A DNA stretch of 64,000 nucleotides from NCBI RefSeq assembly GCF_009914755.1, contig NC_060937.1; one strand, 5' to 3'. Under the pieces are notes generated by a model, which was given only the letters and a program-made list of their open reading frames with translations, made no database searches and was not told the origin of the DNA. A program made the translations under genes and the position numbers. Shown here in pieces: positions 1-23,188 of this stretch; positions within the stretch are counted from its first letter, which is position 1; every line of letters begins with the position of its first letter. This DNA is from the human T2T-CHM13v2.0 reference genome, Homo sapiens.

Positions 1-520
<520 letters not shown>

Positions 521-1235
521 AGACCCCCAACCTTGTCTAGACTGTGGGGTTTCAGTTTCACCCCAGGGGGGTCCTGGTTGGGTTAGAATCCTGAATCTCG
601 TTTGAGTTCGAACCCTAAAGAATAAAGGGAATAAAGGCTGTAGCTACTGAGCTACTCAATCTGGTCTGGTTCTGGCTTTTGTGTGTCTGTCTGTATTTTT
701 GGTCTAAATATTTGGCCCAACAGAGGTTAAAGGCTTTGATGTTCTCAGCAAAAGCCTTGTGAGATTTCTAGTTTATCTGTGTGCTCAATTGGAACAAAGA
801 GACTCAATAAACTAGAAAAACCTAAAGAAAATGGCACACGTGAAAAATTGAGAGCCAACTCCTGTTTGTTGTTCTGTCCACCTCCCTCTCTCACTCCTCC
901 TTCTGCCTTTGCTGTGGTCCCATGGTGTTTCTGTCTTTCCGGGGACCTGAGATCCAGTGTAGGAGTGAAGTCCATGATTTTAAAGCCTTCATGTCTCTGC
1001 TTTTTAACTCTGCCTGCTTTGCTGAGCTCTTATAATGAGAAATAAACTATTCAGAACAGGTACAACAGGGCATCAGAAAACCAACTTCAGGCAGCGCTCC
1101 GGCAAGTACCTCCCTAGAGGGGAAGGGCTTACTAAAGGAGATTTAATCTTGAAAAGGCCAAAATGAGAAGCTCTAACCTTTAGCTTGCTAGGTTTTCTGG
1201 GACTCGAACTGGCTATATATTATGGATCATTCTAG

Positions 1236-6232
<4,997 letters not shown>

Positions 6233-7015
6233 GCCTTTACAATCAGCTATCATCTAAATTACTTTTAATGGAAAGGATTCTGACAAGTTCTCTTAAATAT
6301 GGTTTCAGATAACTTTGGGGATCAAACCATTGGACTAGGAAAATCTTCCAGGACTCTAAAAAGCTGAATAAGAATTTCTAATTGAAATCAAGCAAAACAC
6401 AAAAAACTGAATGAGAATTGCTATTTGAAATCAAGCAGAACAAGATTTAGTTACATGGGAGTGAACTTATAAAAGAAGGAAAAGATTTTATCCATGGCCC
6501 TCCCATTAGAAACATTGTTGATCCTCTTTATGTTTTGTTTTCCAAAGTCAATAATTTTTTTTCTTTTCAGCTATTTTTAACTTACAATACATTAGATAAA
6601 CTACATTGTGAACAAAAATTTGAGCCATTTATCTGTCTCTCTAGCTGATTTCTCCAGAATTCAGAAGCCATTCGTGAGCATTCTTAAATTATGGCAATAT
6701 AATTATTTGCATAATTTCAATAAGAATCTGTTTTTGGTAACAAGATTCAATTGGAGACACTGTTTGTTTTATCAAGGCTTTAACTCGAATGGCAGATACA
6801 ACCAGACCACTTTAAGGAATTGAGGTTGACTTTATAGCACCAATACAAAGCCCCTTAGAATGACTGGCTTGATGTCCTGTATACAAAGGTCCTTTACAAA
6901 GTTGCTATTCTTGTGGTAAGAAATAAAGAATGTCACTTTCTGATGGGCCAGGAACCTCAAGATATTTGGGGACCTTGAGAAGAGAGGACTACACCCATTC
7001 ATTAAAGTATTACAG

Positions 7016-10000
7016 GAGAGCTGGCAAGATGTCTGAATAGGAACAGCTCCGGCCTGCAGCACCCAGTGAGATCAACACAGAAGTCAGGTGGTTCATGCAT
7101 TTCCAACTGAGCCTCCACTGGTGATACCCAGGAAAACAGGGTCTGGAGTGGACCTCCAGCAAACTCGAGCAAACCTGCAGCAGAGGGACCTGACTGTTAG
7201 AAGGAAAACTAACAAACAGAAAGGAATAGTATCGACATCACCAACATCAAAGACCAAAGGTAAATAAATCCACAAAGATGGGGAGAAACCAGTGCAAAAA
7301 TGCTGAAAACTCCAAAAGTCAGAATGCCTCTTCTCCTCCAGAAGATCACAACTCCCCGCCAGCAAGGGAACAAAACTGGACAGACAATGAGTTTGATGAA
7401 TTGGCAGAAGTAGGCTTCAGAAGGCGGGTAATAACAAACTCCTCCGAGCTAAAGGAGCATGTTCTAACCCAATGCAAGGAAGCTAAGAGCCTGAAAAATA
7501 AAGGTTAGACGAATTGTTAACTAGAATAACCAGTTTAGAGAAGCATATAAATGACCTGATGGAGCTGAAAAACCCAGCACAAGAACTTCATGAAGCATAC
7601 ACAAGTATCAATAGCTGAATCAATCAATCAGGAGAAAGGATATCAGAGATTGAAGATCAACTCAATTAAATAAAGCAAGAAGACAAGATTAGAGAAAAAA
7701 GAGTGAAAAGAAATGAACAAAGCCTCCAAGAAATAGAGGACTATGTTAAAAGTCTGAATCTACGTTTGATTGGTGTACCTGAAAGTGACAGAAAGAATGG
7801 AACCAAGTTGGAAAAAACTCTTAAGGATATTATCCAGGAGAACTTCCCTAACCTAGCAAGACAGGCCAACATTCAAATTCAGGAAATACAGAGAACACCA
7901 CTAAGATACTCCTCAAGAAGAGCAACCCCAAGACACAAAATCATCAGATTCACCAAGGTTGAAATGAAGGAAAAAATATTAAGGGCAGCCAGAGAGAAAG
8001 GTTGAGTTACCAACAAAGGGAAGCCCATCAGACTAACAGTGGATCTCTTGGCAGATAGCCTACAAGCCAGAAGAGAGTGGGGGCCAATATACGACATTCC
8101 TAAAGAAAAGAATTTTCAAGCCAGAATTTCATATCCAGCCAAACTAAGCTTCATAATTGAAGGAGAAATAAAATCCTTTACAAGCAAATGCTGAGAGATA
8201 TTGTCACCACCAGGACTGCCTTACAAGAGTTCCTGAAGGAAGCACTAAACACGGAAAGGAACAACTGGTAACAGCCACTGCAAAAACATACCAAATTATA
8301 AAGACCATTGACACAATGAAAAAACTGCATCAACTAATGAGCAAAATAACCAGCTAGTATCATAATGACAGGAACAAATTCACACATAACAATATTAACC
8401 TTAAATGTAAATGAGCTAAATGTCCCCAGTTGAAAGACACAGTCTGGCAAATTAGATAAAGAGTCAAGACCCATCAATGTGTTGTATTCAGGAGACCCAT
8501 CTCATACACATAGGCTCAAAATAAAGGGATGAAGAAACATTTACCAAGCAAGTGGAAAGCAACAAAAGGCAGGGGTTGCAATCCTAGTTTCTGATAAAAC
8601 AGATCTTAAGCCAACAAAGATAAAAAGAGACAAAGAAGGGCATTACATAATGGTAAAGGGATCAATGCAACAAGAAGAGCTAACTATCCTAGACATATAT
8701 GCACCCAATACAGGAGCACTCAGATTCATAAAGCAAGTTCTTAAAGAGCTACAAAGAGACTTAGGCTCCCACACAATAATAGTGGGAGACTTTAACACTC
8801 CACTGTCAATATTAGATAGATGAGACAGAAAACTAACAAGAATATCCAGGACTTGAACTCAGCTCTGGACCAAGTGGACCTAAAAGATATCTACAGAACT
8901 CTCCACCCCAAATCAACAGAATGTACCTTCTTCTCAGCACCGCATTGTACTTATTCTAAAATTGACCACATAATTGGAAGTAAAACACTCCTCAGGAAAT
9001 GCAAAAGAATGGAAATCATAACAAACAGTCTCTCAGACCACAATGCATTCAAATTAGTATGCAGGATTAAGAAACTCACTCGAAACCTCACAACTACATG
9101 GAAACTGGGCAACCTGCTCCTGAATGACTACTGGGTAAATAACGAAATGAAGGAAGAAATAAAGATGTTCTTCAAAACCAATGAGAACAAAGACACAACG
9201 TACCAGAATCTCTGGGACACATTTAAAGCAGTGAGTAGAGGGAAATTTATAGCACTAAATGCCCACAAGAGAAAGCAGGAAAGATCTAAAATTGACACCT
9301 TAACATCAAAATTAAAAGAACTAGAGAAGAAAGAACAAACAAATTCAAAAGCTAGGAGATGACAAGACATAAATAAGATCAGAGCAGAATTGAATGAGAT
9401 AGAGACATGAAAAACCCTTCAAAAAATCAATGAATCCAGGAGCTGGTTTTTCGAAAAGATCAACAAAACAGACCATTAGCCAGACTAATAAAGAAGAAAA
9501 GACAGAAGAATCAAATAGATGCAATAAAAAATGATTAAGGGGATATCACCACTGATCCCACAGAAATACAAATTATCATCAGAGAATACTACAAAGACTA
9601 AACCAGGAAGAAGTCAAATTCCTGAATAGACCAATAACAAGTTCTGAAATTGAGGCATTAATCAATAGCCTACCAACCAAAAAAAGTCCAGGACCAGATG
9701 GATTCACAGCCAAATTCTACCAGAGGTACAAAGAGGAGCTGGTACCATTCCTTCTGAAACTATTCCAAACAATAGAAAAAGAGAATCCTCCCTAACTCAT
9801 TTTATGAGGCCAACACAACAAAAAAAGGAAATTTTAGGCCAATATCCCTGATGAACATCAATGCAGAAATCCTGAATAAAATACTGGAAAACTGAATCCA
9901 GCAGCACATCAAAAAGCTTGTCCACCATGACCAAGTTGGCTTCATCCCTGGGATGCAAGGCTGGTTCAACATGCAAATCAATAAATGTAATCCCTCACAT

Positions 10001-12281
10001 AAACGGAATCAATGACAAAAACTACATGATTATCTCAATAGATGCAGAAAAGGCCTTTGACAAAATTCAACAGCCCTTCATGCTAAAAATTCTCAATAAA
10101 CTGGTATTGATGGAACGTATCTCAAAATATTAAGTGCTATTTATGGCAAACCCACAGCCAATAACATACTGAATGTGCAAAAACTGGAAGCATTCCCTTT
10201 GAAAATCAGCACAAGACAAGGATGCCCTCTCTCACTACTCCTATTCCACATAGTGTTGGAAGTTCTGGCCAGGGTAATCAGGCAAGAGAAAGAAATACAG
10301 GGTGTTCAATTAGGAAAAGAAGAAGTCAAATTGTCTCTGTTTGCAGATGACATGATTATATATTTAGAAAACCCCATCGTCTCAGCCCAAAATCTCCTTA
10401 AGCTGATAAGCAACTTCAGCAAAGTTTCAGGATACAAAATTAATGTGCAAAAATCACAAGCTTTCTTATACACCAATAACAGACAAACAGAGAGCCAAAC
10501 TATGAGTGAACTCCCATTCTCCATTGCTACAACAAGAATGAAATACCTAGGAATACAACTTACAAGGATGTGAAGGACCTCTTCAAGGAGAACTATAAAC
10601 CACTCCTCAAGGAAACAAGAGAGGACACAAACAAATGGAAAAACATTCCATGCTCATCAATAGGAAGAATCAATATCGTGAAAATGGCCATACTACCCAA
10701 AGTAATTTATAGATTCACTGCTATCCCCATTAAACTCTATTGACTTTCTCCACAGAATTGGAAAAATACATTTTAAATTCCATATGGAATCAAAAAAGAG
10801 CCCGAATAGCCAAGACAATCCTAAGCAAAAAGAACAAAGCTTCAAGCATCATGCTACCTGACTTCAAACTATACTACAAGGCTATGATAAACAAAAGAGC
10901 ATGGTACTGGTACCAAAACAGATATATAGATCAAAGGAACAGAACCGAACCCTCAGAAATAACACCACATATCTACAACCATCTGATCTTTGACAAACCT
11001 GAGAAAAACAAGCACTGGGGAAAGGATTCCCTATTTAATAAATGGTGTTGGGAAAACTGGCTAGCCTTAGGCAGAAAGCTGAAACTGGATCCCTTCCTTA
11101 CACCTTATATAAAAATTAACTCAAGATGAATTAAAGACTTAAACCTAATACCTAAAGCCGTAAAAACCCTAGAGGAAAACCTAGGCAATACCATTCAGGA
11201 CATAGGCATGGGCAAAGACTTCATGACTAAAACACCAAAAACAATGGCAACAAAAACCAAAATTGACAAATGGGACCTAATTAAACTAAAGAGTTTCTGG
11301 ACAGCAAAAGAAACTATGAGAGTGAAAGGGCAACCTACGAAATGGGAGAAAATTTTTGCAATCTATCCATCTGACAAAGACCTAATATCCAGAATCTACA
11401 AAGAACTTAAACAAATTTACAAGAAAGAACAATCCCATCAAAAAGTGGGCCAAGGATGTGAACAGACACTTCTTAAAAGAGGACAATTATGCAACCAAGA
11501 AACATATGAAAAAAAGCTCATCATCACTAGTCATTAGAGAAATGCAAATCAAAACCACAATGAGATGCCATCTCATGCCAGTTAGAATGGCAATCATTAA
11601 AAAGTCAGGAAACAAAAGATACTGGAGAGGATGTGGAGAAATAGGATTGCTTTTACACTGTTGGTGGGAGTGTAAATTAGTTCAACCATTGTGGAAGACA
11701 GTGTGGCTATTCCTCAAGGATCTAGAACTAGAAATGCCATTTGGCCCAGCAATCCCATTACTGGGTATATACCCAAAGGATTATAAATCATTCTACCATA
11801 AAGACACATGCACACGTATGTTTATTGCAGGACTGTTCACAATAACAAAGACTTGGAACCAACCCAAATGCCCATCAATTATAGACTGGATAAAGAAAAT
11901 GTGGCACATATACACCATGGAATACTATGCAGCCATAAAAAAGGATGAGTTCATGTCCTTTGTAGGGACATGGATGAAGCTGGAAACCTTCATTCTCAGC
12001 AAACTAACACAAGAATAGAAAACAAAACACCACATGTTCTCACTCATAAGTGGGAGTTGAACAACGAGAACACAAGCACACAGGGAGGGGAACATCACAC
12101 ACTGGGGCATGTTGGGGGTTGGGGGCGGGGGGAGGGATAGCATTAGGACAAATACCTAATATAGGTGATGGGTTGATGGGTGCAGCAAACCACCACAGCA
12201 CATGTATACCTATGTAACAAACCTCAGCATTCTGCACGTGTACCCCACAACTTAAAGTATAATAAAAACGTAGGTTAAAAA
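7016..12281 (+). mobile_element. LINE-1 (L1PA7-like), intact 5' end but 5'UTR spliced; ORF1/ORF2 disrupted
   Basis: Starts gagagctggcaagatg..gaataggaacagctcc. ORF1 fragments (7278-8005) and ORF2 EN/RT/C fragments (8820-12018, including LFADDMI). TSD aaagtattacag at ~7004-7014 and 12282-12293. Confidence 0.93.
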
Positions 12282-12849
12282 AAAGTATTACAGACACAGT
12301 ATGATGCAAATCTTTGACTTGGCTAGCCTCAAGGCTTTTAAAAGTCTAAGATTCCTTATTAGAAAGTTCCAACAAAGCCAATTTTAAGAAGCCTATATGG
12401 TCAATAAATATTCTTGCTGCACTTTATGCAAATAATCAGACCAGGTATGATAAGACTAAAACTTATTTTGCACAGAAATTTGTCCTACTATGGTTTGTCT
12501 TTGATAAAATGATGGACTAGAGAGAGAAAATTCATGTTTCAAATGAAAACTGTGACATATGCTATTAGATTCCAGCCCTGATCATTCTTTTCCGAGTTTT
12601 TATTATTTGCCTATAATTTGGGCTGAATCCTGAATTATTTCCTGGCTCCAAGTGTTCCCTAGTGAACCCAGATAAAATATATTTTTAAAAAACTTGTTTT
12701 ATCCTGTCAGTAATGAGATGTATTTTTGTAGGACTACTTAAACTAGCAATTACAATTCGATTATTATGATTATAGAATCTCGGGATTTATCTTCCTTCTT
12801 GTCAAGGTCTTTACCTGATGTTTGTCTCATTAAAAAAAAAAGAAATCAG

Positions 12850-13430
12850 ACTGATTACACTCTACTCAAGACTGAAGACATGTACTTTAACCTGTCTCTG
12901 TTACCAGTAAACAAAAGCCTTAAATTTCAGAATCCGTCAGGGACCCTGTGTGGTCCCTGGATCAAGCACACATGGGCTTATGAATGTGTTGACCGCTGGC
13001 ATATGAGAGGTAATTGTCTATTAGGTTATGTGGCTCTTCCTCTTCCTATTTATAACTCCAATGTTTCTGAACGCTGAAGTAGTTCATCGAAATTATTTTC
13101 CAGGATTAGACAAACCGTACCTGCAAACCAAGGAGATGAATTTTGGCCTATGTTTGGCAGAAATCTCTTGCAATGGTGGGGAGTAACCTCTCATGAACGT
13201 ATAATTAGAAATCTGTCAACCACTCTAGGTAACTTAGCAAATGAACTAGCTGAAGCCATAGCTACCAAATAAAGATCTTCAGACTCTTTAGCCAGGATAG
13301 TCATGGATGACGGAATAACTTTAGGCTACATAGTGGTGAAACAGGGAGAAACTCATATGGCAGCTAGCTAACACTTCATGTTGTGTTTAGATCCATACAT
13401 CTTCTGAAGTTGAAACACGTGTAAAAAAAT
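12850..13430 (+). pseudogene. ERV envelope (SU C-terminus / TM) remnant
   Basis: From 13201 it translates IIRNLSTTLGNLANELAEAIATK*RSSDSLARIVMDDGITLGYIVVKQG, then after a frameshift ANTSCCV*IHTSSEVET. This matches the gamma-type TM heptad, the CKS-17-like ISD and the CX6CC region. Confidence 0.8.
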
Positions 13431-13454
13431 AAGACGATATGGGAATTAATTATG

Positions 13455-13994
13455 ACAAATCCTAGGGAAGAGGCTGAAAGAGCTGTAACACAAACAAGGC
13501 TGAGACATGCCCCTTGCTCGCCACATTGTGGGCAAAGAGAAGGAAAGAAGAGCTATGGCCCTTTGGGGAGCCCAGACCTGGGAGCTCCCCGAGCCAGAGC
13601 TGTGATTCCTTCTTTGGGGCCTTTGGTTCCTGATATCTCCAAGCTTCTGGGTGCCACTGTGTTCCCAGTGTGCCAGCTGTGGAAGCTTCTTGAGGTGCCC
13701 GTGGTCCAGCCACAGCCTTGTGGAGAGCTGGCGCCCGTGTTGGCACCTGGAGCTACCTGCTCCACTTCAGCAGCCAGCAAATCTGACTGCACAGTGGCCA
13801 GACCCCATGCTCACTCACACACCCCTTGCCACTCCATGCAGTCTCCCTTGGCAGGCATGGGATCCAACGTGGTAGCATGAGCAGAGCACAGCCTGCCAGG
13901 CTGAGTGTGCGGGGCCCAGCAAAACTCAGGCAAAGGTGCCACCAGTCATAGAGGTTTCTGTCCAGAAAAGTAACACCCCAAAGATCCCATAACA
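13455..13994 (+). mobile_element. MER52-family LTR, 3' portion
   Basis: Homologous, in inverted orientation, to 37017-37560 (gagctgtaacacaaac..., agcccagacctgggagctccc..., ends gatcccataaca). Confidence 0.75.
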
Positions 13995-17710
<3,716 letters not shown>

Positions 17711-17711
17711 T

Positions 17712-18031
<320 letters not shown>

Positions 18032-18079
18032 TGAGACCCTTTTACTTGATAACAGTGGTAGCTGGGACAAGTTGGCAAT

Positions 18080-18365
18080 GTAAATAAATAAACAACATCT
18101 AGATTGGAAAGGAAGAAGTACAGTTATCTTTATGTACAGATGACATGATCTTGCATTTAGAAAATCGTAAGAAATTTACTAAAAAGTATTAGGACTCATG
18201 AACAAACTTAAGAATGTAACACTATATAAGATTGGTATACAAAAATAACTGTATTTCTTTACCAATAAATCAAGAATCCAAAAATGGAATTAAAAAAATA
18301 AATCTTGTTACAATAGAATTAAAGCTGGGGAAGCTTAAACTTGAACACTAAAAACTACAATACAT
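18080..18365 (+). mobile_element. Ancient L1M ORF2 fragment
   Basis: gattggaaaggaagaagta...tacagatgacatgatcttgcatttagaaaat is the RT 'DDM' region. Confidence 0.65.
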
Positions 18366-18889
18366 GGTTAGCGTTGGAAACACCCAGATACCATCCCTGA
18401 GCCTTCTCTCCTTGGCTCTGAGGGCTTTACCTTCACGGGGTGAGGAAAGGGGTTGCATTCTTGGCTTTTACATTATATTAGGTGGGTTCGGGTTGAGGTA
18501 TCTGCAATTCAAATGAGTATTACAATCTCTACTTTTATGGATAAGAGACTGAGGCCCACCAAGAGAGGGAATGACAGTCCATATCCTGGAAGGCGAATTG
18601 TCAGGCACTGATTTCCGCTATTTAACCCCTGCCAATCATCATGTATTTAAAGGATCCCCAGATACCATACCAATAGGTGTTCAAGAGAGAGGCCTGTAAT
18701 CTAGGCGTCTGAGAAAACAAGGCTAGAGATTCCAATATTGGAGACAACAGGGCTCTGGGAAGATTAAGGTTGAGTTTTCTGGATCTGCAGAATAGAGTCA
18801 CTGAGGACCAATTGCAAGATCAGAGGAGATGAAAGAACAAGTCAGGGCATGCTTAGGAAAAGAGAATACCAGGGATAGGTTTTAGGCAA

Positions 18890-19250
18890 GAGTCACACTG
18901 AGGAAGGGCAGGTTCTTGGCGTCGTTTAGGAAGAAATCCAAAAGCAAGCCTGTGGTGGAAGAAAGCAGCTCTACGGAGGCATTGGCGGTGTTACAGCACT
19001 GTGTCCACTCCGGCAGGGCAGGGAGCCCTCCGTGGGTTGTGCTCCCAGAGAAGCAGCCTAGGGGTGGCTTGTAGTCATTTTTATAATTCACTTTTAATGG
19101 CATGCTAATTAAGGGGCGGGTTATTCAGAAATAGCTAGAAATGGGCAGTAACTTCCATCTGTTTCCATGGCAAGGGGTGGGGACTTCTCGTGATGACATG
19201 GCATTGGCAAACTGTCATGGCACTGGTGGGAGCGTCTTCTGGTGATCTGA
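18890..19250 (-). mobile_element. ERV1 LTR fragment (family uncertain)
   Basis: Typical MER4-group LTR phrases (catgctaattaaggggcgggttattc, ttccatggcaagggg, aaactgtcatggcactggtgggagcgtc). Confidence 0.5.
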
Positions 19251-19863
19251 GGCGTGAGGTGCTTTCGCTGCCTCTCCCAGGTTCCTGCGTGCCTCTTACC
19301 TGAAAGCCCATCACACCCCCATCTGCCCACCTACAAACGTCACTGCCCTTTCACCCCATCCCCGTTTCACACGCACTCCCACATCAACCCTGAGCATTCA
19401 AGCCTGCGTTTCCCTGTTAGGAACCTCGGTGGTAGCCGGAGCTCTGAGAAACCCCTAGGCAGAACTCCTTGCCTAGTTTATGGCAGACATCAGGGAAGGA
19501 AAGGCAAATTTCAGGTCTTTCTCACAATAAATAAATAAAGATAGGTAGATTTGATTGATGGATGGATGGATGAAACCTGGGAGTCTACGGGCAAATATTT
19601 ATCAGACACTGGAAGTGTAAGTTGTCACAAAGATTATGGAGTGCACCTGTCTTATGACCCTGTTATTTTATCCTAGTATGTGCACTAGAGCATATTTTCT
19701 AACAGTGTAAATTGAAGGCTCACAAATTAGTTTAGTGAGAGAAAAGATAACGGATTGGAAGAGAATTACCATATTCATTCGTTGTGTTTTAAAATTTTTA
19801 AAGTAAAATAGAGACATTATTTTTTTCATGCTTTCGAATGCATCTATAAAAAATAGACTTGAG

Positions 19864-20239
<376 letters not shown>

Positions 20240-20399
20240 TTATTTTCACAATGTCCCAGGCTGTGAAACCAGGATTTAATAAAGAACCAGAATGCCACAT
20301 CTGTGTCACCTGGGTAGGGACCAGTCCTGATACATTAAGTCCGGGTCTCTGGGTAACTGGACTCAACTGCTGGGCAAAACAGAATGTCCGGCTTGGGTT

Positions 20400-21150
20400 C
20401 CTAACGGGGGACCGCAAAGCCTCATGGGAATTGTAGTGTCACCTTCCAATGATGTTACCATCAAGGACCTTGGGAACCAGCTTTTCTCTCTGCGCTTGCG
20501 CCGCCCGGCCCACTCCGCCATTTTCCTCCGGAAGTGCGGCACCCAGAGGCGGTCCTGTAGCCGGGCCGGCTTGGGGCTTGGTTCTATGTCCCTGCGGGTC
20601 GGTGCAAGGGCGAAGAGGAACCCGTGGGCCTCAGGGGATCCCGGGGGGCCGGACCAGTGTTCCCTAGTTGTGGGAGCAGACGCGTGGGCATATTGCGGGC
20701 GGGCAGGGCCTGAAGTGCAGGTGCGGGCAGTGGACCCTGGCGGGGGCTGGGAGGACAGGCGTGGGGTCCCGGCAGTGAAACGGGTTCTAGAGGCGCAGGA
20801 GCAGGTAGGAGAGGCCGGTGGCCCTGGGCCCGGAGTCTGCAGGCCGCGCTCCTGTCCTGCCGCTGAGGGACCCGGTTACCAACCTGCATGACGCTCAGTT
20901 TGCCCATCTGTCCCAGTGGTAACACACAGTTCTCGGGAGACGTTCCCCATTCCCAGAGGAGTAGTGTGAAACGCGTGCGCCTCTAGTCTTAAACTTGGCG
21001 TTTGTATTAGTTGGGTTTCCTGGTGTCTCTTTAGCAAGTGAAGTTTCTGGTTCCCTCCTTCACTGTGTGACCTGCCTAGTCCTCCTGGGTCGCATTTACA
21101 GAAGTTTATACGAGACCTAGTTTCCAGGGAAGAACTCACTGATTCCGCGA
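20400..21150 (+). promoter_or_regulatory. CpG-island promoter with NRF1-like (tgcgcttgcg, 20491), YY1 (ccgccatttt, ~20515) and ETS/GABPA (ccggaagtg, 20528) motifs
   Basis: GC- and CpG-rich block in an otherwise AT-rich, CpG-poor window; housekeeping-promoter motif triplet; candidate donor GG|GTCGGT at 20597/20598. Confidence 0.8.
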
Positions 21151-22795
21151 GGGAGATGGCTTAATGGATGATGGTCGTCAGCCTTAAGGATACTTCAGTC
21201 TTAACTGTGTGTTACAAAGTTTGAAAGGGAGGGTTCCCTATGAATAAGAAGCACACTTGAAAGAACAGCCATCTGGTCTAATCTCTCACTGGTGCTTCAG
21301 AGGAGGAAAAAAGGTCACAGGTGAAGATCCCAGTTTTCCTTGCTCAGGAAATAATAATTCTACTCCCTAGAATGCACAAGATTTGCAAAGACTAGGTGAT
21401 AGTAGAAGGTTTGGACGAACTTTCAGAAGGTTGAGGTGAATTCAGCTAAGAAGAACAGGCAAGGACTTAGGAAATATTCCTTATTTGAAGGGGCCTGAAA
21501 GTGTGGTCTGGGGTACAGCAGTGACCTGTCATACTTGAGAGGATTAAAATACTCTCCAAACACAGTCCCATTCCTTCAACCTTAGCTCGTTTTTTCCAGC
21601 GTCTGAGATATATTAAACCTAGTCCATCCCCAAATTTAACATTAGATTGCGAAGTTCTATTGATTGTATTTGATTTGTAATTTAAGATTTTCTCCCCCTA
21701 CGTAATTTTGTTAAAAACACAGAAGTGAATTCTGTTCACTTAGGTGTAACAGTTAATACTTGCTGTTTAAGGAACTAATTAAACCTTACTGGCTTATAAA
21801 AAACAACCACCATTTTATTTGTTTGAAGTTCTGTGGATCTGCACTTTGGTGTGGTGGGTTCAGCTGGGTAGTTAATATATTTGTGTTGCCTGGATCACAA
21901 AAAGGCCTCAGTCACCTGGTGCCTTGACTGAGCCTGGTTGGTTTAAGATAGTTTCCTTCACAATCTGGTGGTTTGTGGTGACTCTTGGCTAGGCCCTGTG
22001 TCTCCAACAGGGTAGCTCCAGACCTCTTCACAATTTCCCCCAAAAAGGAAAGAACGAATGGATATTTGCATCACATTTTCCATTTTCCATTCACTGGACA
22101 AGTCAGATGGAAAAGCCCAATTTATTGTCAGAGCATAATATGAGGGCTTGGATAGAAGGAAAGGTGTTATTGGGAAACATGAGTAGAATGGTGTACTGCA
22201 GGAAATACATATTATGTACATTTTAAAAAACGTAATTGTAGGCCAAAATTGCTGGTTTGCAAGATGCACTTTCCATGATGTTCAGGTATAGAAAAGCAAG
22301 ATGTACTGTCATGGGAACACTCATATGAAGTTATTTGTGGAATCTACATATTAATAGGAAAATAGTTAATACAGCCCAGTATATTTCTATAACATTTATT
22401 TTAGTGAACTTATAATGTTTCTTTGTATTAAATTATTAGATTATATCTTTAGATGATATTGTTACTAAATTAGTAGGTAATATATATTTTTATTCAAAAA
22501 TAAATTGTGCATCTAATGTCTACCAATTAATGTACTTGTAGATGTATCTTATCTTAACTTGAGTCTTTGCTGCCCCTAATGAGGTGTGAAGGACTCTTCT
22601 CCCCTGGGGAAGTTTTTCTTTTTCAGGAGGGAGGAGGGCTTTCCCAGGTAATGTGTCTAGAGTGTTGGGCAGAAGAATCTGGGACCACACCACACCAGTT
22701 CTCTCCTTAATCCACGTCATTTGCCTTCTATCCCAGCTATGTTTCCAGTGTCCTCTGGGTGTTTCCAAGAGCAACAAGAAACGAATAAATCTCTG
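20520..22795 (+). ncRNA. Putative 5' exons of a lncRNA / transcribed pseudogene (exon 1 ~20520-20597; exon 2 22737-22795)
   Basis: Exon 2 has a pyrimidine tract plus cag acceptor (ttgccttctatcccag|ctatg) and a strong donor (ctctg|gtgagt). From memory, and unverified, similar to 5' exons of GUSBP/LINC00680 and TEKT4P2/MAFIP transcripts. Confidence 0.55.
21750..22200. mobile_element. MLT1 (ERVL-MaLR) LTR fragment
   Basis: aaaccttactggcttataaaaaacaaccaccattttattt...cagctgggtagtt is typical of MLT1. Confidence 0.5.
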
Positions 22796-23188
22796 GTGAG
22801 TTGTTTATTTGTTCTTCACTTTGTTTTACACTGTATTTTCTGAGTTTATGGGTGTCTGTGAATTAAAAAGGAAAAGTGGAAATAAGTAAAACTCAGGTTG
22901 AAGGAAATATACATAAATAAGATAAAGCTGACCTGTAGATATAGGCAGGTTATAAGAGCTTAGAGTTGTCTAAGTTGAGTGCAAATTTTCCTCTGATCTT
23001 TCTGATGCCGAGACAAAAAAGGCAGTCATGTTTGTTATGTGATTGGAATGGAACCCGAGAAGAGAGCATGCTGTGTTCTTGTGGGACAGGAAAGCTTGCG
23101 TGCACCAAGTCTGAACCACCACCTTCATTGGTGACATAGATTATGTGCTGGAACATATTTCACACTGGCCTGGCAGTAAACACTTGTA

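Noticed and set aside
7278-12018. L1 ORF1/ORF2 fragments as functional CDS (also 29756-34649)
   Set aside because: Both L1s have multiple stops, frameshifts and deletions, so they are not retrotransposition competent.
20424-20925. 155-aa and 113-aa ORFs over the CpG island
   Set aside because: Low-complexity G/P/R/A composition expected from GC-rich DNA; non-ATG or weak starts; no recognisable domain.
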